Source of the DNA: a virus
Length of the DNA: 5,296 nt
IMG/VR virus record: IMGVR_UViG_3300017598_000095
Coordinates: 1-5,296 of that record
Reading direction: 5' to 3' (one strand)
Shown piece after piece: positions 1 through 5,066 of this stretch (within the stretch, counting starts at the first letter, position 1; each line of letters begins with the position of its first letter). The notes under the pieces are model-generated. The model did no database searches. It was not told where the DNA came from and saw only the letters and a program-made list of their open reading frames with translations. Both the position numbers and the translations under genes were made by a program.

Positions 1-121
1 CAATTAAAGATGGGGCACCAGAAATATTCACACCAAGAAGTGAAGGAGTAAACGCAGCACATAACATAAGAACCGATAGGTTCGAAATAGCGGCGGAAGC
101 AATGGATAAAGTGCATAAATC
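1..121. repeat. Terminal redundancy, left copy. It is identical to 5176-5296 and marks a circular genome of 5175 nt.
   Basis: Base-by-base comparison shows caattaaagatggggcacc...gataaagtgcataaatc at both ends, 121/121 identical. Confidence 0.97.
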
Positions 122-227
122 TAAGAGGGCTCAAAGGGATGCAAAGGCAACCCCAGTAGTCAAACTTGACAACAAAAATAAAGAGGAAAAATCGTCAGAG
201 AACGAGCCATTACGAGGCACAGAATAA
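1..227 (+). CDS. 3' portion of the junction-spanning CDS that starts at 5067. It encodes a conserved microvirus small protein, possibly an internal scaffolding or VP3-like protein.
   Basis: The open frame has codons starting at position 3 and ends at TAA 225-227. Through the 121-nt redundancy it continues the frame opened by ATG 5067. This part translates to ...IKDGAPEIFTPRSEGVNAAHNIRTDRFEIAAEAMDKVHKSKRAQRDAKATPVVKLDNKNKEEKSSENEPLRGTE*. Confidence 0.8.
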   Translation, partial: IKDGAPEIFTPRSEGVNAAHNIRTDRFEIAAEAMDKVHKSKRAQRDAKATPVVKLDNKNKEEKSSENEPLRGTE

Positions 228-260
228 AAAAAAGGGGGGCTAACAACCCCCCACTTTTTA
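226..260 (+). terminator. Intrinsic-terminator-like hairpin: A8, GGGGGG (234-239), loop CTAACAA (240-246), CCCCCC (247-252), then ACTTTTTA.
   Basis: A perfect 6-bp G:C stem is followed by a T5 run, directly after the TAA stop at 225-227. The upstream A8 can pair with the T5, giving bidirectional-terminator geometry. G6 and C6 runs occur only here and at 1227-1244 in the window. Confidence 0.5.
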
Positions 261-326
261 CGACAACGGTACGCACGTAATCAATATATAACAAGAGAAT
301 AAAGCTTTTAAGAAAAGCACGAAAAC

Positions 327-1160
327 ATGGGAGACACTAACAACGGAATGACAATGCTATCAGCAGCCAGTAATATAGGCGGGCAAATAATGGATGGAAT
401 AAACCGAAGAGGCCAAGAAAGAAGAAACTTCAGATACCAACGAAGGCTAATGGGACACCAACAAGAGAATCAAATGGCCCTAAATAGACAAGGACATGAC
501 CTAAGCTATGAAATGTGGAAGAAAACGAACTACCCCGCACAAGTAGAGATGATGAAAGAAGCAGGATTAAATCAAGGGTTAATGTATGGAAGCGGCGGAG
601 GAGCAGGAGGAACCACGCAAAGCGGAAGCGGCGGAGGAGCAGGAGGCGGAAATGTAGGAATGTCTAACATAGGAGGAAGCCAAGGCATAGGAATGCTAGA
701 ACGGAGCCAGATAGCACTAAACAAATCACAAGAAACTAAAAACATTGCGGAAGCAGATGACATAAGAGGAGGAGAAGGCACACAAGGAGAGGCGAAAATC
801 AATAAACTCAACGCAGAGATACAAAACGCAGATGCAGATACGGCATTGAAAAAGACACAAGAGCTCGTGGCGCAAAAAGACATCAACGTAAAAGAAGCAC
901 AAACGGCACTACTAAAATCACAAGATTTCAAAACACAAATGGAAGGCGCGATTAAAGAACTAGAAAAGGATAGGGGTGAAGAAGGATTCCTTCAAGGACA
1001 ATATGTAGGCAACATAATTAGCGGAATATTCGGACTAAATATGAACAATCCAGATGACAGATTAAAGGCTCAATTAGTAGTAGGAACAATGATAGGGGCA
1101 AAAATAGCAGGGGACATAAGCGGAGCACTAGGAGGGTTCCTGAGCAAACTAACAAAATAG
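327..1160 (+). CDS. VP2: DNA pilot / minor capsid protein VP2 (functional analogue of phiX174 H), 277 aa.
   Basis: It lies between the small protein and Rep, as in related microviruses. The N-terminal third contains ...YQRRLMGHQQENQMALNRQGHDLSYEMWKKTNYPAQVEMMKEAGLNQGLMYG, followed by a Gly-rich linker (SGGGAGG twice). That matches the family pattern I recall for VP2. A long charged, heptad-like segment follows (KINKLNAEIQNADADTALKKTQELVAQKDINVKEAQTALLKSQ...), then a C-terminal hydrophobic stretch (LVVGTMIGAKIAGDISGALGGFL). This suits a tube-forming, membrane-inserting pilot protein. Confidence 0.85.
   Translation: MGDTNNGMTMLSAASNIGGQIMDGINRRGQERRNFRYQRRLMGHQQENQMALNRQGHDLSYEMWKKTNYPAQVEMMKEAGLNQGLMYGSGGGAGGTTQSGSGGGAGGGNVGMSNIGGSQGIGMLERSQIALNKSQETKNIAEADDIRGGEGTQGEAKINKLNAEIQNADADTALKKTQELVAQKDINVKEAQTALLKSQDFKTQMEGAIKELEKDRGEEGFLQGQYVGNIISGIFGLNMNNPDDRLKAQLVVGTMIGAKIAGDISGALGGFLSKLTK
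591..646 (+). repeat. Perfect 20-nt direct repeat agcggcggaggagcaggagg at 591-610 and 627-646, inside the VP2 Gly-rich linker.
   Basis: Read directly from the sequence. The copy starts are 36 nt (12 codons) apart, in frame, and each copy encodes SGGGAGG. Confidence 0.95.
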
Positions 1161-1169
1161 ACATATGAT

Positions 1170-2156
1170 ATGTGCCTATATCCAAGAATAGTCAAAAACC
1201 CTAAATACAGAGCAAACAAAAAAAACGGGGGGAACATTCCCCCCGTAACAGATGAAAGAAAACTATATGTACCGATAGGGTGCCAACAATGCTTTGAATG
1301 TAAAAAACAAAAAGCAACAGCATGGAGGGTAAGAATAAACGAAGAAATAAAAGAGAACAAAAACGGCAAATTCGTAACGCTAACACTAAGCGATAATTCA
1401 ATAAAAGAACTACACAGAGCAATAAAAGACAACGAAAAAAGATTCGAAAGAATAATAGACGAGAACGGACTAAACGGATACAACCTAGACAATGAAATAG
1501 CATCAATAGCAATACGAAGATTCCTAGAAAGATGGAGAAAGAAACATGGAAAAAGTGTAAGACATTGGTTAATTACAGAAATAGGAGGAAACAGAACAGA
1601 AAGAATACATATTCATGGGATAATATGGACAGATGAAAACGAAAACGAAATACTAGAAAGATGGAAATATGGAAGAATACACATAGGAAAATATGTAAAC
1701 GAAGAGACATCAGGATACATAGTCAAATACTTGCATAAACAAGACGAAAAGCATAAAATATACGAAAGTAAAATCTTCACTAGCGCAGGAATAGGAAAAG
1801 AATACACAAACAGCATAACAGCGAAAAAACACAAATTCAAGAAAGGAGAGACCATAGAATACTATAGGGACCAGTACGGAGTAAAATACGGACTACCGAT
1901 ATACTATAAAAACAAGCTATTCACAGAAGAAGAGAGAGACCAACTATGGACAGAGAAACTAGATAATAAAAAAAGGTATATATTCGGCAAAGAGATCGAC
2001 ATAAGCAACGGAGAAGAGACATATTACAGCAGCTTAAAAGAAGCACAAGCAAAAAACAAAAGAATGGGATATGGAGACGGGGAAATAAATTGGACGAAAA
2101 GAACATACGAAAATCAAAAAAGACTCCTCAAATACAAAAAAAGATGGAAAGCGTAG
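1170..2156 (+). CDS. VP4: Rolling-circle replication initiator VP4 (HUH endonuclease, phiX174 A-like), 328 aa.
   Basis: The N-terminus MCLYPRIVKNPKY is typical of microvirus Rep. A Cys cluster CQQCFEC lies at 1281-1301. RCR motif 1 FVTLTL starts at 1371. The HUH motif HIH is at 1608-1616 (RIHIHGIIW). The two-tyrosine catalytic motif YIVKY is at 1716-1730. Confidence 0.94.
   Translation: MCLYPRIVKNPKYRANKKNGGNIPPVTDERKLYVPIGCQQCFECKKQKATAWRVRINEEIKENKNGKFVTLTLSDNSIKELHRAIKDNEKRFERIIDENGLNGYNLDNEIASIAIRRFLERWRKKHGKSVRHWLITEIGGNRTERIHIHGIIWTDENENEILERWKYGRIHIGKYVNEETSGYIVKYLHKQDEKHKIYESKIFTSAGIGKEYTNSITAKKHKFKKGETIEYYRDQYGVKYGLPIYYKNKLFTEEERDQLWTEKLDNKKRYIFGKEIDISNGEETYYSSLKEAQAKNKRMGYGDGEINWTKRTYENQKRLLKYKKRWKA
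1218..1246 (+). other. Second A8-G6-loop-C6 hairpin, embedded in Rep codons 17-26. Stem ACGGGGGG (1225-1232) pairs with CCCCCCGT (1239-1246), with loop AACATT.
   Basis: It is a perfect 8-bp stem. It is built from GGG GGG (Gly-Gly) and CCC CCC (Pro-Pro) codons, while Gly and Pro elsewhere in the window are mostly GGA/GGC and CCA. It is preceded by an A8 run, exactly like the hairpin at 226-260. The structure is certain and the function is unknown. Confidence 0.45.
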
Positions 2157-2263
2157 AAAGACTGGCGGACTGGTTCTACTATACAGGGGTAATGTCATCA
2201 ACAATAATAGTAGTAATAATAGTAATAGCCACAATATCAACAATACTAGACATACTAGAATAA
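2144..2263 (+). CDS. Putative 39-aa single-pass membrane peptide (MESVERLADWFYYTGVMSSTIIVVIIVIATISTILDILE).
   Basis: ATG 2144 overlaps the Rep 3' end by 13 nt, and the stop is TAA 2261-2263. A charged N-terminus is followed by about 20 uninterrupted hydrophobic or small residues. It falls below the ORF-track length cut-off. Nothing but the reading frame and hydrophobicity supports it. Confidence 0.4.
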   Translation: MESVERLADWFYYTGVMSSTIIVVIIVIATISTILDILE

Positions 2264-2281
2264 ACTAATAAACAAACAGAC

Positions 2282-2386
2282 ATGATAGATATAATACTAG
2301 ACAACGCAAACGAGATACTGCAATGGATACTAGCAGGAATAGTAATATTCAAAGGCATATTTCATACGCCAAAACGAAGAAAATGA
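2282..2386 (+). CDS. Putative 34-aa hydrophobic peptide with a basic tail (MIDIILDNANEILQWILAGIVIFKGIFHTPKRRK).
   Basis: ATG 2282 lies 18 nt after the previous mini-ORF, and the stop is TGA 2384-2386. It has an acidic N-terminus, a hydrophobic core WILAGIVIFKGIF and a KRRK C-terminus. It is very short, so chance cannot be excluded. Confidence 0.3.
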   Translation: MIDIILDNANEILQWILAGIVIFKGIFHTPKRRK

Positions 2387-2475
2387 AAACGACATCAAAA
2401 CAATAATTCAAATAATAATGAGAATCATTATGATAATTAAAGAATGGAAAGACTACCAAAACAAAAAAGACCAAT

Positions 2476-2536
2476 GAGCCAAAAGGCTCTGAGACGTACA
2501 CGAACAAGTTCGTATCTAACGCGCCAAGGCTTGTTC
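2476..2536 (+). other. Structured, GC-enriched non-coding block with three hairpin options. It may be a complementary-strand origin or a regulatory RNA/DNA element.
   Basis: Hairpin A is GAGCC (2476-2480), AAAA, GGCTC (2485-2489). Hairpin B is ACGAAC (2500-2505), AA, GTTCGT (2508-2513). Hairpin C is GAACAAG (2503-2509) pairing with CTTGTTC (2530-2536). B and C share bases 2503-2509 and cannot coexist. My hand count gives 35/70 G+C for 2471-2540, against 13/60 for 2401-2460. Confidence 0.45.
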
Positions 2537-2601
2537 AGGTAGGGAGCAAAAGAAGGTAACAAAGGCAGGTGTAATAGAACAACACAAAACCCAACATTCT
2601 G

Positions 2602-2844
2602 ATGATTACGGGGGAGATAAATAGAGAATTAAGGAATAAAGGGCAGCATAGGTGGGACAAGCTGGAACCAGAAGCACCTTACCACATAAAACAAGACACA
2701 TGCAGACATTGTGAAATAAGACGGAGAAGGTGGTACAATGAAAAGTTGAAATGGACAGAAACAGAATACGTCAACACGACAACAGGAGAAATACACAAAA
2801 CAATAAAATGCAAAACAAAACAAATAACAATATGGAAGCAATAG
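2602..2844 (+). CDS. Hypothetical 80-aa basic protein with a CxxC...HxxxxC pattern. It may be a small Zn-binding or DNA-binding protein.
   Basis: It is the only + strand ORF of 60 aa or more in the 2157-2830 gap, and its A-rich codon style matches the other genes. It has C34-x2-C37, H65-x4-C70 and an RRRR run. I count 18 K/R against 11 D/E. I recognise no family. Confidence 0.45.
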   Translation: MITGEINRELRNKGQHRWDKLEPEAPYHIKQDTCRHCEIRRRRWYNEKLKWTETEYVNTTTGEIHKTIKCKTKQITIWKQ

Positions 2845-3062
2845 CAGAGAAAAAAGAACAACTAATAGAAAGAACGGATATAAAAGATACACCGTTTGTA
2901 ATAATAACAACAAGAGGTAAAAGTTTCGGAACAATGGGAAGTTACCGAATAACGGAAGAATACGACACAAAAAAAGAGGTATCACAAGAATTGAAAAAAA
3001 TCACATGGAATAGAATCGTGCAAGTGATGGAAATACTAACAGAATTAAACAAAGCAAGATGA
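2832..3062 (+). CDS. Hypothetical 76-aa protein translationally coupled to VP1 (MEAIAEKKEQLIERTDIKDTPFVIITTRGKSFGTMGSYRITEEYDTKKEVSQELKKITWNRIVQVMEILTELNKAR).
   Basis: The track ORF is 2751-3062. Its first 27 codons are low-complexity N/R/Q text (MDRNRIRQHDNRRNTQNNKMQNKTNNN) overlapping ORF 2602-2844, so I prefer ATG 2832. Its stop TGA 3060-3062 overlaps the VP1 start ATG 3059-3061 (ATGA). Confidence 0.6.
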   Translation: MEAIAEKKEQLIERTDIKDTPFVIITTRGKSFGTMGSYRITEEYDTKKEVSQELKKITWNRIVQVMEILTELNKAR

Positions 3063-5056
3063 AAACAACAATAGGAGGAGACCGCCTCGGAAGCGGCAGC
3101 AAACAGGAAATAAGTAAAAAGAACTTCGAAAGGTCAACCCACGACCTAAGTTCTAAATGGCGAAGCTCAATGGCAGCGGGAACACTAGTACCATTCATGA
3201 ACTTGGTGGCTCTACCCGGAGACAGCTTCGACATAGACTTAACAGCAGAAGTCGTAACACTACCGACCATAGGACCGTTGTTCGGAAGCTATAAAGTACA
3301 ACTAGACGTGTTCGAAGTGCCTTACAGATTATATAACGCAGGACTACAAATGAACAGGCTTGGGGTAGGAAATGACATGTCAACAGCGTACTTACCAACA
3401 CTAAACGTGTATGCACAAAATCACGCAGAAAGTGAACTAACAAACGCAGACAACGAACAAATAAATGCATCATGCATATATAAATACCTCGGAGTAAGCG
3501 GCATAGGAAGCTTAAACGAAGAAACAGAAGAGGTATGCATAAGAGCATTCAACGCAATCCCATACCTAGGGTACTGGGAAATATTCAAACAATACTACTC
3601 AAACAAACAAGAAACAAACGCATATGTAGTACACACGGCCGCACAAAGTGAACTAAAACTAGCATCAGCAAAAGTGTACACAGCCAATGTACTAGATGGA
3701 GACATGCTAACATCGGGCGAGGAAGGAGTACAGGTAGTGGAACCACAACTATCGACACAAATTAAATTCGTACTGGACGCAACAACGGTTTACTCACCAG
3801 ACCCAAACTACATAACCGTAGAATACAACGGAGACACCGTAACACTAACAGAACTATTTGCAACAACACAATGGTTAACCGATAACGAACTAGTATGTAG
3901 CGGATTCCTAGGAACGGTAGGATTAAATTGCACACTAGCATACCTATCAATGACACTACCAGTAAATTACGGAGGAGCGAGTGAGATTAAACTAAAGTCA
4001 TTCAGACTAAGCAACATCGACAAAATGAGGGAGAAGATATTACAGCACCCATTCGACTCGGGAGCATTCAATATCTCAAATCAATTCCAACCATATACAC
4101 TACCACACGTAACAAATGGAAGCGGACCAAATACAACAAGGTCATGCCAATATACACAGGAAGGTCTAGCAGTAAAAACGTATCAAAGTGACCTATTCAA
4201 TAACTGGATTGATACAGAATGGATAGACGGAACAAATGGAGTAAACGCAGTAACGGCAATTAGTACAACTGGGGACTCATTCACACTCGACACACTTAAC
4301 CTAGCTAGTAAAGTATACAATATGCTCAACAGAATAGCAGTAAGCGGAGGAACATACGATGATTGGCTAGACGCAGTATACGCACACGACAGAAGCAAAC
4401 AAAAAAGTTCACCAGTATATCACGGAAGCCTAATAAAAGAGCTACAATTCGAAGAGGTAATTAGCCAAGCGGAAACGCAAGACGGGTTAAATACAAACCC
4501 ACTAGGAACACTAGCAGGAACAGGAAGGTTAAACCAAAAAAACAAAGGAGGCTACATAAAAATTAACGTAGATGAGCCATCACAAATTATTGGAATAATT
4601 TCACTAACACCGAAAATCTCATATTCACAAGGAAACGATTGGAGCGTAAACCTAAAGACGTTCGATGACTTACATAAACCACATCTGGATGCAATAGGGT
4701 TCCAAGACTTAATAACGGAACAAATGTCGCACACGGACACAACATTCAGCGCAGATGGTGAACATGAATTCAGAAGTGCGGGAAAGACACCCGCTTGGAT
4801 TAACTATATGACAGACGTAGACAAAGTATACGGAAACTTCGCAGAAGCAAACAAAGAAAGGGACATGGGACTAAATAGAAAATATGACATCGCAGAAGAT
4901 GGAAGAATCGAAGACCTAACGACATACATAGACCCTGCAAAATTCAATAACATCTTCGCACAAACAGACCTCAGCGCACAAAACTTCTGGGTCCACATCG
5001 GGAAGAAAATAACAGCAAGGAGAAAAATGTCGGCAAAAGTGATTCCGAACCTATAA
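3059..5056 (+). CDS. VP1: Major capsid protein VP1 (phiX174 F-like jelly-roll capsid), 665 aa.
   Basis: It is the largest ORF. The N-terminus GGDRLGSGSKQ...FERSTHDLSSKWRSSMAAGTLVPFMNLVALPGDSFDIDLTAEVVTLPTIGPLFGSYKVQLDVFEVPYRLY matches the Alpavirinae-type VP1 signature I remember. Later blocks YWEIFKQYYSNKQE and GGTYDDWLDAVY are also typical of microvirus capsids. Confidence 0.95.
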   Translation: MKTTIGGDRLGSGSKQEISKKNFERSTHDLSSKWRSSMAAGTLVPFMNLVALPGDSFDIDLTAEVVTLPTIGPLFGSYKVQLDVFEVPYRLYNAGLQMNRLGVGNDMSTAYLPTLNVYAQNHAESELTNADNEQINASCIYKYLGVSGIGSLNEETEEVCIRAFNAIPYLGYWEIFKQYYSNKQETNAYVVHTAAQSELKLASAKVYTANVLDGDMLTSGEEGVQVVEPQLSTQIKFVLDATTVYSPDPNYITVEYNGDTVTLTELFATTQWLTDNELVCSGFLGTVGLNCTLAYLSMTLPVNYGGASEIKLKSFRLSNIDKMREKILQHPFDSGAFNISNQFQPYTLPHVTNGSGPNTTRSCQYTQEGLAVKTYQSDLFNNWIDTEWIDGTNGVNAVTAISTTGDSFTLDTLNLASKVYNMLNRIAVSGGTYDDWLDAVYAHDRSKQKSSPVYHGSLIKELQFEEVISQAETQDGLNTNPLGTLAGTGRLNQKNKGGYIKINVDEPSQIIGIISLTPKISYSQGNDWSVNLKTFDDLHKPHLDAIGFQDLITEQMSHTDTTFSADGEHEFRSAGKTPAWINYMTDVDKVYGNFAEANKERDMGLNRKYDIAEDGRIEDLTTYIDPAKFNNIFAQTDLSAQNFWVHIGKKITARRKMSAKVIPNL

Positions 5057-5066
5057 ATAAATAAAC

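Noticed and set aside
159-170. Palindrome GTCAA-AC-TTGAC containing AACTTGA, which recalls the phiX174 origin core CAACTTGATA.
   Set aside because: Only a 7-mer is shared, which is expected by chance in about 5 kb. It lies inside a coding region, and the surrounding bases show no further similarity to the 30-nt phiX174 origin.
268-295. dif-like string GGTACGCACGTAAT..., compared with the E. coli dif XerC arm GGTGCGCATAAT. It also contains the small palindrome TACG-CA-CGTA.
   Set aside because: The match needs a 2-nt indel, and the central region and XerD arm (the better-conserved half) do not match. It is a half-site resemblance only. Revisit it only if host dif sequences become available.
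596-650. Multiple GGAGG strings that look like Shine-Dalgarno sites.
   Set aside because: They lie inside the VP2 Gly-rich coding repeat (GGA GGA GCA GGA GG). No ATG follows at RBS spacing in a frame that stays open.
1636-1653. Tandem GAAAAC GAAAAC GAAA in Rep, and the AATAATAGTAGTAATAATAGTAATAG periodicity at 2201-2228.
   Set aside because: These are short codon-level repeats encoding ENENE and IIVVIIVI. They are a consequence of biased codon use, not independent repeat elements.
2500-2520. tRNA-like T-loop string (GTTCGTATC).
   Set aside because: The flanking bases do not form a 5-bp T-stem (ACAAG against CTAAC). No acceptor, D or anticodon arms can be drawn around it.
2383-2542. Micro-ORFs 2383-2406 (7 aa), 2418-2477 (19 aa, MRIIMIIKEWKDYQNKKDQ) and 2474-2542 (22 aa, MSQKALRRTRTSSYLTRQGLFR).
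   Set aside because: They are too short to support and have no distinctive features. The last one coincides with the hairpin block, where nucleotide structure explains the sequence better. They are chained by ATGA overlaps, which might allow ribosome relay, but this is not demonstrable from sequence.
2751-2831. N-terminal extension of the 103-aa ORF (MDRNRIRQHDNRRNTQNNKMQNKTNNN).
   Set aside because: It is low-complexity N/R/Q sequence that overlaps ORF 2602-2844 in another frame. The internal ATG 2832 yields a compact protein with only a 13-nt overlap, so the extension is probably not translated.
2751-2844. Possible -1 programmed frameshift fusing ORF 2602-2844 to the 2751-3062 frame.
   Set aside because: The two frames are offset by -1 and overlap for 94 nt. 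I found no X XXY YYZ slippery heptamer in the correct phase and no obvious downstream stem or pseudoknot. Separate initiation at 2832 is the simpler explanation.
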